From positions 1 to 44,122 of the forward strand of contig JAFGOA010000031.1 of NCBI GenBank assembly GCA_016926735.1: a stretch of DNA of 44,122 nucleotides, in the 5' to 3' direction. The notes beneath the pieces were generated by a model. The model did not search any database. It was given only the letters and a program-made list of their open reading frames with translations, and was not told the origin of the DNA. Source of the DNA: Promethearchaeota archaeon (lineage in GTDB: Archaea; Asgardarchaeota; Lokiarchaeia; Sigyniarchaeales; SOKP01). Positions within the stretch are counted from its first letter, which is position 1, and each line of letters begins with the position of its first letter. This document shows, piece after piece, positions 29,820 through 40,620 of the stretch. The position numbers and the translations under genes are program-made.

Positions 29820-32210
29820 TTATAATTCCTGCAATTTTTGTCTTTGTTTTTCTGTATCTTTAATATGACTTCTATTTAGATATTCATTTAACCTAAGTGG
29901 TCCTAGTTTATTTATCTTGTTTATGAAGGTTGTAACAACTGTTGCAAATTTTTCTCCCTCGCCAGCAGCTACACTTTCAATTTTTATACGATCTTTATTA
30001 ATACCTGTTTTGATTAAAATTTCTTCGATACTTTTATGTCTTTTTTCTGCTTTAATAAATCCAGTATCATAATGACAATCATTCTCATAACATCCCATAA
30101 TAATTACTCCATCAGCGCCTAAAAATAAACTTTCGAATACTAAAGAAGGATCAAGCATTGCAGTACACATTACTCTAATTGTTCTAATATTAGTAGGATA
30201 TTCAATTTTACTTGTTCCTGCCAGATCAGCTCCTGCATAAGAACACCAATTACATAAAAAACCTATAATTAAAGGAAATTCATTTTTTTTCTCTAATACT
30301 ATTTTAATTTGTCTCAAAATTTGACTTTTAGTAAAACCAGGTATATATAGCGCATCATTTGGGCACATTGCAGCACAAGCTCCACAGCCAGTACAAATTT
30401 CCTGAATGATCTTTAATTCTTTATTTTTAATATTTATTGCATTATAATCGCAAATATTTTCACATAAACGACATAAATCACATTTTTCTTTTTGCAAATA
30501 AACAATATATGGTTCTAACTCAACTCTTCCCTTTGTAAATAAAGCAATTACTTTAGCAGCAGCACTTTCTGCCTGAATAATACTCGAAGCAATATCTTTT
30601 GGTCCTTGAATAGCACCTGCTATGAAAATTCCATTTATTGAGGATTCTGATGATCGTAATTTTTGATGTTTTTCTAATATAAATCCATATGTATCTTGGG
30701 AAATATTAAGAATTTGACATAGTTCTTTTGTATTCTTTGCTGGTTCTATTCCTACTGCTAATACTACTAGATCTGTTTTATTTTCAAATAATATATCTTC
30801 ACTAACGCTTTCTCCTCTTATTATTAATTCATCAGAAGTATCACTTTTTACTATGGCAGAAATATTACTATTAATAAATCTTATTCCAAAATCTTCTCTT
30901 GCTCTATTATAAAATTCTTCACAATTCTTACCAACAGCTCTTATATCAATGTAATAGATATTTATATTGATATTTGGTAAATTTTTTTTTATTAATATTG
31001 CTTGTTTAATTGCAGCATTACAACATACTTGACTACAATAATCATGATGTATTTTTTTATTTCTAGAACCTACACATAATACAAATGAGACTCTCATAGG
31101 AGGTTTTCCTGTTGAAGGTCTTAAAATCCTTCCATTTGTAGGACCATCTCCATTTAATAATCTTTCTAATTGAAGAGTTGTGATAATATCTTGATAATTA
31201 TTATAGTTTAATTCTGATAACATTGATGGATCAAATGGTTTAAGACCTGTAGATACAATAATTGACCCTACATTAAATTCTAATAATTCTTCTTGTTGAT
31301 TAAAGTCAATCGCATCTCGTTCACATGCTTGGGCACATGCTTTACATCCTATACAATATTCTTTTTGAATATCTGGAAAAAGAGGTACTGCTTGAGGAAA
31401 TGGCACATCTATTGCCCTTCGAGGAAAAAAAGTATCTTTTATTTCAATTGGACATACCTCTCTACAAATATCAAAACAATGAATACATTCTTCTTCTTTT
31501 ATATAACGCGGCTTCTTTACTACAGTTACTTTAAAATTTCCAATACTTCCCTTAACATTTTTTACTTTTGAAAGAGTTAAAAGCTCAATATTTGGATGAT
31601 CATCTATTTCAGACATTAAAGGACCTAAAGCACAAATCGAACAATCAAGAGTTGGAAATGTTTTATCAAATAAAGCCATATATCCTCCAATAGTGGGTCT
31701 TTTTTCAATCATATATACTTTATATCCTGCATTCGCAATAACTAAAGCTGCTTTTATTCCTGCTATTCCTCCGCCTATGATTAATGTTTTTGGAATAATT
31801 TCTCGATATTGTGCTTCTAAAGGAAATAATAATTTAACTCTTTCTATTGCCATATTAATTTGATCAATAGCCTTTCTTGTTGCTTTAATTGGATTTTTTG
31901 AATGAACCCATGAATTTTGTTCCCTAATATTAGCAAAAGATAATAAATATTTATTAATTCCAGCTTTTTCGATAGTTTTTTGAAATAATGAACCATGTAA
32001 TTTAAAAGAACATGCGGCGATTACAATCCTTTCAATTTTATTTTTTTTTATCTCTTTTATTATATTATTTACTCCCGATTCTGAACATAAATATTGATCT
32101 TTAAAAACATGATAAATAGATAAATTCGAAAAATGCTTATACAATTTATCGACATCTATCGTCCCACTAATATTTCTTCCACATTCACAAATAAATAATC
32201 CTATATTCAA
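29820..32210 (-). CDS. hdrA: Heterodisulfide reductase subunit A fused to MvhD
   Basis: CECG.NI, AACS, NIREQNSW, GGGIAG, KTFPTLDC, CVGSR..CSQVCC, ferredoxin CxxCxxC motifs; C-terminal CNWCSYAGAD..RVMC..GC..DCHY (MvhD). Confidence 0.92.
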   Translation of the reverse strand: MNIGLFICECGRNISGTIDVDKLYKHFSNLSIYHVFKDQYLCSESGVNNIIKEIKKNKIERIVIAACSFKLHGSLFQKTIEKAGINKYLLSFANIREQNSWVHSKNPIKATRKAIDQINMAIERVKLLFPLEAQYREIIPKTLIIGGGIAGIKAALVIANAGYKVYMIEKRPTIGGYMALFDKTFPTLDCSICALGPLMSEIDDHPNIELLTLSKVKNVKGSIGNFKVTVVKKPRYIKEEECIHCFDICREVCPIEIKDTFFPRRAIDVPFPQAVPLFPDIQKEYCIGCKACAQACERDAIDFNQQEELLEFNVGSIIVSTGLKPFDPSMLSELNYNNYQDIITTLQLERLLNGDGPTNGRILRPSTGKPPMRVSFVLCVGSRNKKIHHDYCSQVCCNAAIKQAILIKKNLPNININIYYIDIRAVGKNCEEFYNRAREDFGIRFINSNISAIVKSDTSDELIIRGESVSEDILFENKTDLVVLAVGIEPAKNTKELCQILNISQDTYGFILEKHQKLRSSESSINGIFIAGAIQGPKDIASSIIQAESAAAKVIALFTKGRVELEPYIVYLQKEKCDLCRLCENICDYNAINIKNKELKIIQEICTGCGACAAMCPNDALYIPGFTKSQILRQIKIVLEKKNEFPLIIGFLCNWCSYAGADLAGTSKIEYPTNIRTIRVMCTAMLDPSLVFESLFLGADGVIIMGCYENDCHYDTGFIKAEKRHKSIEEILIKTGINKDRIKIESVAAGEGEKFATVVTTFINKINKLGPLRLNEYLNRSHIKDTEKQRQKLQEL

Positions 32211-32323
32211 AGAATTTCACATAAATATTTTCAGATCTATAATTAATAATTTGAGTAAATACTAATACAATTAAAATTTATTATTTTAAAAAGATAATCT
32301 TGATGCTTAAATTTAAAAATGAA

Positions 32324-32932
32324 TTACCTTGAAATATCTTTTGGTAGAAATTTGTAAGTCTTAAAAATATCAAAATTATTTTTTTTCATTTCTATAAAAA
32401 AACCTTTTTCCAATTCATATTCTTTTTTTGCCCATTCAAGAATTTGCTCGGGTTTATATAATTCTCCTTTTTTTTCTAAGGAATTTCTTAATGCAGGACA
32501 TTCCTTAGAGTACTTTCTAAAATTTCTCATATTCTTTATCAAAATATTCCATCCAATAGGATATGCTCTACATTGAAATGGGCGGGCAATATGAACTGAG
32601 CATAAGTCATTTTTATCAATAAATTCACAATGTTCATCATTTCCTGTAAATTTGAAACCAAGAGCAAAGAAATAATAATTTTTTCCTTTTGTTTTACCTT
32701 CTTCTTTCCAATAAAAACTTGTTCTAATAAGCTTTAAATATTTTTTTGCAAATGATTTTTGAGTATAATGCTCTCCTTGTTTGTTCAGATATTCCACTAG
32801 TTTTTCAATATCATTTTTATAAAGATATACTTCTCCATTATTTAATCCTTTACAGCATGCTCCACATTTTTCACATGAGAAATATAAACCATTTTTAAAA
32901 AATTCAGAAAGTCTTATATCTTTAGAAGGCAA
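32324..32932 (-). CDS. YkgJ-family Cys-cluster (Zn/Fe-S) protein
   Basis: FSCEKCGACC...CEF...CSVH.ARP.QCRAYP...CP. Confidence 0.88.
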   Translation of the reverse strand: MPSKDIRLSEFFKNGLYFSCEKCGACCKGLNNGEVYLYKNDIEKLVEYLNKQGEHYTQKSFAKKYLKLIRTSFYWKEEGKTKGKNYYFFALGFKFTGNDEHCEFIDKNDLCSVHIARPFQCRAYPIGWNILIKNMRNFRKYSKECPALRNSLEKKGELYKPEQILEWAKKEYELEKGFFIEMKKNNFDIFKTYKFLPKDISR

Positions 32933-33152
32933 TGTTCTATTAATCTTGTTTTTAAAAAACTGATCGGTTTAACATTTTTAATCTTTTCTTAATATGAAAG
33001 AATAAAATTTATTTGATTTTTTTAGAAGGTTTTTTTATTTACCATTATTTTTTTATCTATTATACATTATTCTCTGAGAAATAATTCTTACTAACCTTCA
33101 ATAGGTTGTTTAAATGTAATTATTTTAAATATCATAAATGAGTAAATAAATT

Positions 33153-35396
33153 TTGGAAAAAAAAATCAATATAATCGATGAAAAAATAAAACTTAAACAA
33201 CTAATTACTAATTTAATCAATATAACATCAACAATAAAAAAAAAAAATATCGAGAATAATTCTAGTTATATCCAATGGAAGAAAAAATTTTACGATCTCT
33301 ATAATAAGGATAATCTCGATGTCGATCTCTATCTCTATTTTTCAATAATATATTACATGGGTTATATTTTAATTTCTAAATTTTCTTTAGGCTTTGATTT
33401 ACCCAAAAAAAGTAATATACTAACTAAAAATTATTTTCAGAAGATATATTATGATTTTTCTCAAAAAAAAAAAGAAATTGATTTATTTACTTTGGGTTAC
33501 TTTAATTATATTTTAGAAATAGATTTAGATATATCTACTAGGTTTCTATCTATTTTATGGAAAATAATACAATTATTAACAAAATTAAATATAGAACCAG
33601 AATTATATTTTGATTTTATCGTTCAAAATATTATTCCAAAAGAAATTCGCCATGATACAGGTGAATTTTATACTCCATTTTTTCTTGTTCAAAAGATGGT
33701 TGATCATTCATATATTTTTGGTGAAAAAGTCTTGGACCCTTGCTGTGGTTCAGGGAATTTTTTAATTATAATTATAAGAAAAATTTTGAATTCAGATCTT
33801 CCTGATCTAAAAAAAAAACAAGCTATAAATAATCTTTATGGATTTGATATCAATCCCGTCTCGATATATATGGCTAAAATTAATATTATTTTATTATTAA
33901 GTAATAAATTTGAGAATTTTAAAATCAATATATTTAATTTAAACTCATTATACTCAAATAATAAATTTAAAGATTATTTATTTGATTTAATAATAGGGAA
34001 TCCTCCTTGGTATACCTTTCGAGATATAGATTCTATTGAAAAACAAGAAATTATAAGAAATCTTGTTGATAAAATGGAAATAAAACCATCGCCTAAAAAT
34101 ATTTTAAATATTGAGATATCTACTGTATTTTTTTATTCTTCTTATGAAAAATATATGAAAACAAACTCGAAGATCTTTTTTGTAATAACTAAAGGGGTTA
34201 TAACTGGTTCTCATACTTCTCGATTTAGAAATTTTAGAGGATTTGAATCAATAGAAATTTGGAATTTTAATAATTCGTTAAAAAAGGTTTTTCCTGTTGA
34301 TTTTATTTGTCTATTTGCCAGAAAAAGTAATAATAATAATCCTGTATTTGAATTAAGGATTCCTTGTTATAACTATATTGCACAAAAAATTAATGATAAT
34401 AGTTATAATTTAATTAATTACAATTTAAAACTTGAATCAAAAGAGATTTTAGTACCATATAATAGAGTAATAAAGGGTAATAAAATATATATAAAAAGAT
34501 TAGTCACCCAATCAAAAAAAGAAGAATTATTTGATTTAAAAGAAAGTATCTACAAATCATTATTTAGAAAAGGTGCAGATCTCAATCCTAGAAATTTAAT
34601 TTTTGTAAATGTAAAATCAATAGAAAATCCTCTTGTAAAAATTAATCCAGATGAAAGAATTTTTAAACGAGCAAAAAAACCTTGGAATAAAATTGAATTT
34701 AGAGATGAAATAGTTGATAAAAAAAATATTTTCAATGTATTGAAGAGTACAGAGTTATTGAAATTTTATATTTATAATAATTATAAAGTATTTTTACCCA
34801 TCGATAATAAAAATCTGAAATTTGATTTGAACACTCTAAATGAATATTCAAGATCATTTTATAATAAAATAAATAAGGTCTATTTAAGGTTAAAAAAGAC
34901 TACTACTAAAAATAAATCATTGATGGATAATCTCAATAGATGGGGTAAACTTCTACATACAGCACAATCGAAAAAAATCAAAGTTATTTATAATAATTCT
35001 GGAGGAATTCTCAAGTCAGCTGTAATTCAGGGCAATTATATAATATCTGGGGATTTAAGTTATTATTCAACTGATAATCTTGAAGAAGCTTATTATTTAT
35101 CAGCAATATTGAACTCAAATCTTATCACAAATCAGATACAAATTATAAAGAGTTCAAGGCATATCTTTAAAAAACCATTTAATTTTCCGATAAGAAAATT
35201 CAATCCTCAAAATAAAAATCATCGAGAACTAGCTTCTCTAAGCAAAAAAGCAGAAAAAGAAGTAATAATTTATTTTAGTAATCTTGAAAAAAAAAGACCT
35301 ACTACTTTTTTTTTCCCTAAAGGGATTATAAACAATAAAATTTCTCAAATTATAAATGATATAGATAATATTGTTAAGTTTGAATTATCTTCATAA
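33153..35396 (+). CDS. N6-adenine DNA methyltransferase with C-terminal specificity region (Eco57I/type IIG-like), apparently orphan
   Basis: GEFYTP, motif I LDPCCGSG, GFDINP, motif IV IGNPPW, YYLSAILNS. Confidence 0.85.
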   Translation: MEKKINIIDEKIKLKQLITNLINITSTIKKKNIENNSSYIQWKKKFYDLYNKDNLDVDLYLYFSIIYYMGYILISKFSLGFDLPKKSNILTKNYFQKIYYDFSQKKKEIDLFTLGYFNYILEIDLDISTRFLSILWKIIQLLTKLNIEPELYFDFIVQNIIPKEIRHDTGEFYTPFFLVQKMVDHSYIFGEKVLDPCCGSGNFLIIIIRKILNSDLPDLKKKQAINNLYGFDINPVSIYMAKINIILLLSNKFENFKINIFNLNSLYSNNKFKDYLFDLIIGNPPWYTFRDIDSIEKQEIIRNLVDKMEIKPSPKNILNIEISTVFFYSSYEKYMKTNSKIFFVITKGVITGSHTSRFRNFRGFESIEIWNFNNSLKKVFPVDFICLFARKSNNNNPVFELRIPCYNYIAQKINDNSYNLINYNLKLESKEILVPYNRVIKGNKIYIKRLVTQSKKEELFDLKESIYKSLFRKGADLNPRNLIFVNVKSIENPLVKINPDERIFKRAKKPWNKIEFRDEIVDKKNIFNVLKSTELLKFYIYNNYKVFLPIDNKNLKFDLNTLNEYSRSFYNKINKVYLRLKKTTTKNKSLMDNLNRWGKLLHTAQSKKIKVIYNNSGGILKSAVIQGNYIISGDLSYYSTDNLEEAYYLSAILNSNLITNQIQIIKSSRHIFKKPFNFPIRKFNPQNKNHRELASLSKKAEKEVIIYFSNLEKKRPTTFFFPKGIINNKISQIINDIDNIVKFELSS

Positions 35397-35525
35397 CTTT
35401 TAAATTATTTATAAAAAATTATAAATTTTTATAGACTTTTAATAAACAGTTAGAATTACATTAAAAAAAAAAACTAAATGGATAGGCATATTATTTAGGA
35501 ATTATTTATTTTATTCTATAGATAA

Positions 35526-36068
35526 GTGGGTATTAATAGCGTGGAAAAAAGAAAGTACTTATTTAAAATTGTAACTATTGGAGAAGGAGGATCAGGAAAA
35601 ACATCTTTACTACGTCGATATGTTGAAGGTAAGTTTGATGAATCAACTGTTTTGACTGTTGGTGTAGATTTCTACATAAAAGAACTCGACAGTAATTCAG
35701 AAGCAGAATGTACTTTACAATTATGGGATTTTAGTGGTCAATTAAGATTTCGACATATGTTAGGAAATTATGTTATGGGAGCTCGAGCTGCTCTTCTCCT
35801 AGTTGATCTTACTCATATGCCTGAAATGGAAGAATTGATAGAATGGGTAAATATAGTTAGATCTCATGATCCCGTCTTACCTATTCTTTTGGTAGGAGCA
35901 AAAGCAGATCTAAAAGACTTAATTGCTGTTGAAGATGAATTTATGTTGAATGTTGTGAATACCTTTAATATGGCGGGATATATAAAAACTTCTGCAAAAA
36001 CGGGACATAATGTAAATAAAGCTTTTAAGCTAATCGCTAAAACCTTAATGAATCGATGCAAATATTAA
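35526..36068 (+). CDS. Rab-like small GTPase (Asgard type)
   Basis: G1 GEGGSGKT, G2 TVGVDF, G3 WDFSGQ, G4 AKAD, G5 SAK. Confidence 0.92.
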   Translation: MGINSVEKRKYLFKIVTIGEGGSGKTSLLRRYVEGKFDESTVLTVGVDFYIKELDSNSEAECTLQLWDFSGQLRFRHMLGNYVMGARAALLLVDLTHMPEMEELIEWVNIVRSHDPVLPILLVGAKADLKDLIAVEDEFMLNVVNTFNMAGYIKTSAKTGHNVNKAFKLIAKTLMNRCKY

Positions 36069-36159
36069 TATAATGTTATTCTGTATGAGAAATATTTAGA
36101 TTCGGTACATTAGATTTCCTAAATAATACGCATTAAATTAACCTTATATTTCCTAAATT

Positions 36160-36969
36160 ATGTCTGAAAAAGATGAGCTTGTAATTCTTGGTTCTGGGGG
36201 AGGTCGCCATCATGTTCGAACTCAATATAGAGCTACCGGCGGGATATTATTTAAATTTAACAATACACAAGCTCATATTGATCCTGGTCCCGGAGCTATT
36301 GTAAGAATAAATCAATATAAAGAGGATCCAACTAAAACTGAATTATTTATTGCAACACATCTACATTTAGATCATTCAGGAGATATGGGGGCCATTATTG
36401 AAGCTTCTAGAGAATATTTGTATGATAAAAATAAAGTCTTTTTTAAAAAAGGGACTTTACTCACAACTTCAGATACATTACCTATAATATCTAAATACCA
36501 TCTTAATATGCTAGAAAAAATTGTTGAATTCAAAGCTGGTGCATCACTGAAATTTAAAAATACAGAAATCTTGGGTACAAAAGTGCTGCATTCAGATGAA
36601 GAGGGTTTTGGGGTTAGATTTAACTTTGATACATATTCTATAGCATATTCTAGTGATACAACTGTTTTTGATGGATTTGCGAGTCAATATAATGGAGTTA
36701 ATATTTTAATTTTAAATCTCCTTAGACCAGACTCCGTTTTATGCAAACGTCATCTTGCTACTGATCAAGTACTTCCATATTTAAAAAAAATAACACCCCC
36801 TCCGAAAACAATCATTTTAAACCATTTTGGGGTATATATGGATAGTCCTATATCAAAAAAAAATTATATTCCAAGTCAAATAGAAAAAATAAAGAAATTT
36901 ACCAATATTAAAAACGTTATCGCAGCAAGAGATGGATTAAAACTTAGAATAAAGGATTTATTAGATTAA
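36160..36969 (+). CDS. Metallo-beta-lactamase fold hydrolase
   Basis: LGSGGGR, IDPGPG, THLHLDH, YSSDT and HFG motifs. Confidence 0.88.
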   Translation: MSEKDELVILGSGGGRHHVRTQYRATGGILFKFNNTQAHIDPGPGAIVRINQYKEDPTKTELFIATHLHLDHSGDMGAIIEASREYLYDKNKVFFKKGTLLTTSDTLPIISKYHLNMLEKIVEFKAGASLKFKNTEILGTKVLHSDEEGFGVRFNFDTYSIAYSSDTTVFDGFASQYNGVNILILNLLRPDSVLCKRHLATDQVLPYLKKITPPPKTIILNHFGVYMDSPISKKNYIPSQIEKIKKFTNIKNVIAARDGLKLRIKDLLD

Positions 36970-37003
36970 AACTCTTATATGAACGTAATTCTATTCAAAA
37001 TAG

Positions 37004-37852
37004 CTAATCAATTTTAAATTTCTTTCCTCTTATATTTTTAAAAATGAAATAGGTGGTTATTATAACCAAAGATAAAAGAATATATCCAAATAATTCTATA
37101 CCAATACTATCATATTTAAATCCAATATATATACTATTGATATCAAAATCTTCATTATTCCATGTCCAGATATAACTTCTATTATCTTGATAATCGAAAA
37201 TCTCCAAATTCTCATCTTTTGATACATAACTTGGTATAGTTCCAAAAATTTGAATTTCTATTTTTTCATATATTATGCTATTCCAATGATTAGATGTAAA
37301 CAAATCATGATATATTTCACTCTTTCTAGCCATATACCCGACATCTTCAATCATACAACCAATAGATATTATTATTGAATCCTTCTCAGGTAATGTGATG
37401 TTATATCTAAAGATCACATTATTATATGAATTTCTTGAAAAATAAGAAGAAAATTCATCATTTTGTATCCAATGCCATTGATCTATGTAAGCTACAGGCT
37501 GAAATGGTATTGTTTGAACGTTAAAACCAGCATGATTGGTTGTTGAACCTAAGGGAAGAGAAATTAGAAAGGTCATGTTGCATTCTGAACCATTATTATA
37601 TACAGTATAATAATGAATAGTAGTAATATTAAACCTTGAACTCTCTGGATAATTTAAAGGATACTCAACGTGATATAAAATAGTTGCATTTAACAATGTG
37701 CAATTGTTATCATTAATTGGAAATGTATTACTTGATCCAAATTCTTCATACGGTAGAGGTGCTATAGCCAAAACTGGGTTTATTTTAATTTGTAATAATT
37801 GAAAAAAAACAAAAAATAATAGTACTAATTTTATACTCTTTTCTTTTTTCAT
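37004..37852 (-). CDS. Secreted, C-terminally membrane-anchored beta-rich protein
   Basis: Signal peptide MKKEKSIKLVLLFFVFF..VLA, many NxS/T sites, C-terminal TM helix plus basic tail. Confidence 0.75.
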   Translation of the reverse strand: MKKEKSIKLVLLFFVFFQLLQIKINPVLAIAPLPYEEFGSSNTFPINDNNCTLLNATILYHVEYPLNYPESSRFNITTIHYYTVYNNGSECNMTFLISLPLGSTTNHAGFNVQTIPFQPVAYIDQWHWIQNDEFSSYFSRNSYNNVIFRYNITLPEKDSIIISIGCMIEDVGYMARKSEIYHDLFTSNHWNSIIYEKIEIQIFGTIPSYVSKDENLEIFDYQDNRSYIWTWNNEDFDINSIYIGFKYDSIGIELFGYILLSLVIITTYFIFKNIRGKKFKID

Positions 37853-38408
37853 TAGTATTACTTCATTATAATTTAGATTTTATTAAGATTTCTAACAATT
37901 ATTAATAATAATTAAGTTTATCATATATATAAATGTTTCAGCTTTTCAGAAATTATGAAATAGTATCTATGAAAAATAAATCCCAATAATAATTAAAAAG
38001 ATATATGATCTCATTTACTATTTCTATAGTTTTTAGGAAGAGAAAGGAAGGGACAACATCATCTAGACAAATAAAAATAATGAGGGAGAGAATTAAACTC
38101 TATTTTAAGAGTTTAATAGAGGGCGAAATCCAATGTTAGTCTTGATATGATGTTTATTCTTTAAACCCTTCTTATGAGATAATTGTTCTTCATATTATTA
38201 AAAACATCTCGTTTAAGATTATTATGTGATACCCTCAAGAACAAATAAATTGAAATATATATAATAGATAAATTTATAAATTATAAAATTGCAATCAACT
38301 GATTTTAAAATTTTAATAATAAACAACGGATAAATATTATTATACAATAAAAAACATCGATTTAGAATTAACTTTTTTTTTTATATATCTTCAACAGTTT
38401 ATTTATCT

Positions 38409-39308
38409 ATGTTTGGTATTTTTAATGTTTTTCTGATTATATTAATATCAGGATTTTTTCTGAGTATTCTTATCAGCTTTATAGAATCAAAGACGCTAGG
38501 AACTATTTTTGATATAATTTCTTTTATAGGTATCATTCTTCATGAACTCAGTCATTATACTATGTGTCTTCTTATGGGGATTGTCCCTTCAGAAATTCAT
38601 ATGAGCTATAAAAATATGAGTGGTTATGTTTTGAGTAAAAAAGGAACCTTTATGCAAGGATTTTTAATCAGTCTAGCCCCTCTTTTCATTGGAAGTTATA
38701 TCGCTTGGTTTTGCTTAGATTTCATATTATCAAGTTTAGTTATCTGGTATTACCGACTTTTAGCTTTTATTGTTGTAATTTCGATTCTTATAGCAGCAGG
38801 GCCTTCTTATGCAGATATAAAATGTTTAGGCAGGTCCTTTAATGATGATATTAAAAAATCACTTGGACAAATCGCAATTGTTGTTATCTCTAGTGTCTGT
38901 GTTTGGTTTATAACAAAAGATATAGCAATACCAGAGAAGTTTAGCTTTCTTTATTTTATCTATATTACAATCGGTTATTTTTTAATAAAGTATCTTATCT
39001 TGGGAATTCTATATTTATCATCTATACTTGGAATTTCTACAAATTCAGTTGGTAGTATCTGTCATAATAATTCGAATACTACCTCGATTTCTATCTGTAA
39101 ACCAAAAAGGAAAAAAAGAAAAAGGGAATTATATCCAGATGAGATTGCCCAAAATAGATATATAGATCTTTTAGATAAAGAAAAATATGATAGAAGTGAA
39201 GAAGATGAGCAATCTACTAAGGATGCTATGAGTGAAATATGTGCAATAGATATAATTTTACGATCGGGAAAGAAAAAGAAAATAAAAATTAAAAGAGCTC
39301 AATGGTAG
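38409..39308 (+). CDS. Membrane zinc metalloprotease (M50-like)
   Basis: GIILHELSH, ISLAP, PSYAD; multiple TM helices. Confidence 0.75.
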   Translation: MFGIFNVFLIILISGFFLSILISFIESKTLGTIFDIISFIGIILHELSHYTMCLLMGIVPSEIHMSYKNMSGYVLSKKGTFMQGFLISLAPLFIGSYIAWFCLDFILSSLVIWYYRLLAFIVVISILIAAGPSYADIKCLGRSFNDDIKKSLGQIAIVVISSVCVWFITKDIAIPEKFSFLYFIYITIGYFLIKYLILGILYLSSILGISTNSVGSICHNNSNTTSISICKPKRKKRKRELYPDEIAQNRYIDLLDKEKYDRSEEDEQSTKDAMSEICAIDIILRSGKKKKIKIKRAQW

Positions 39309-39503
39309 ATGACTAAAAAAAATAGTAATTTATAACATTTAATTGATGAATTATATCTCTTTTTTATACATCTATAGTTAAAATTTATACTTACTATATA
39401 GTTTAATATAATATTTGTATTCAGAGTGAAATGTTAACCTCTTGATTCAATATTCTAGTTTGTTATTGTAATAGTGCATGTAAGCATGTCTCGATTATTT
39501 AGG

Positions 39504-40538
39504 TTATATAGTATCATTTGATGTTTTATTATATGGCGACTTTCTTAACAAAATTAGTTTTACGATTGGGGAAATAATTTTCAGACCTAACCTCCTCAAT
39601 CGGAATTTTCGCTTTAATTTTTCCACATATTGTTGAAAATTCTCAGTTTGGAAATTAAGAATCTCTTGGGACTCTTTGGTATCCATCCAATCTGTATAGA
39701 ACCAATCTTCTTTTTTTTTTGGAATTTTAAAAGCTTTATCTGGAAGCATGGTTAATCCAAGAGCATTGAAAAAGCCCCTTATAAATTCTCTTTCTAAAAG
39801 CTGACAATCCTCACCCCCTCCAATAAGATAAATTTTTTTAATTTTATCTATCATTACAGCATTAGCAAATGCAATTCCACAATCAATTGAAGAAACAAAT
39901 TCGATACGTTGGTCAAGTGGTATTTCAAATAACAGAGTATCAAATTTTAAAGGAATTTTTTCAACTGAAACAGCACCTAATCTCAGGATCATCCAAGGAA
40001 GTTCACTTTCTATTAATATCTTTTCACATTCTACTTTTGTATGTGAATAATGATTAGAAGGATTCAAGGGAGTATCTGCCTTTACTGGAGGCTTTAAATG
40101 CATTGTTGTTCCATAAATGCCTATAGAACTTGCCATTATGATTCTTGGTTTATTTGGTAATGCTTTTACAGCATTTATAAGATTCTGGGTTCCTTCAACA
40201 TTTACTTTATATGCTAATTCTGGTTTTTTTTCACTTAAAGGAGGTATAATAGCTGCAAGATGAATTATGCAGTCCATTCCCTTAACAACATTATTTAAAT
40301 CATTTATATTTAAAATATCTCCCCATATCGTTTTAAATTGCCAATTTTTTAACAATTTCTTACGTGATTTTTCATTTGGAGAATTTTTTATATCAAAACA
40401 TGTTACTTCATATTCCCGTGTAAGGAGTTGTTTTAGGGTGTTTTGCCCAACGTTACCAAAGGCACCAGTTAAAAGTATTTTCTGTTTCATTTTTATTTCA
40501 CATTTTCGATATGAAAGATATTTATCTATTATTTTCAA
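39504..40538 (-). CDS. NAD-dependent epimerase/dehydrogenase (extended SDR); likely start at MKQK
   Basis: TGAFGNVG, IHLAA, VNVEGT and YSHTK motifs. Confidence 0.85.
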   Translation of the reverse strand: MKIIDKYLSYRKCEIKMKQKILLTGAFGNVGQNTLKQLLTREYEVTCFDIKNSPNEKSRKKLLKNWQFKTIWGDILNINDLNNVVKGMDCIIHLAAIIPPLSEKKPELAYKVNVEGTQNLINAVKALPNKPRIIMASSIGIYGTTMHLKPPVKADTPLNPSNHYSHTKVECEKILIESELPWMILRLGAVSVEKIPLKFDTLLFEIPLDQRIEFVSSIDCGIAFANAVMIDKIKKIYLIGGGEDCQLLEREFIRGFFNALGLTMLPDKAFKIPKKKEDWFYTDWMDTKESQEILNFQTENFQQYVEKLKRKFRLRRLGLKIISPIVKLILLRKSPYNKTSNDTI

Positions 40539-40620
40539 ATTGAATTAATATATTATATTATAAATTAATTTAGAGTTTAGAGTTATTAATCTTTGTATGA
40601 TAAAATATCAATAAAATAAG

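Noticed and set aside
29820-32210. Selenoprotein HdrA/MvhD
   Set aside because: Uninterrupted ORF with Cys codons at the relevant sites.
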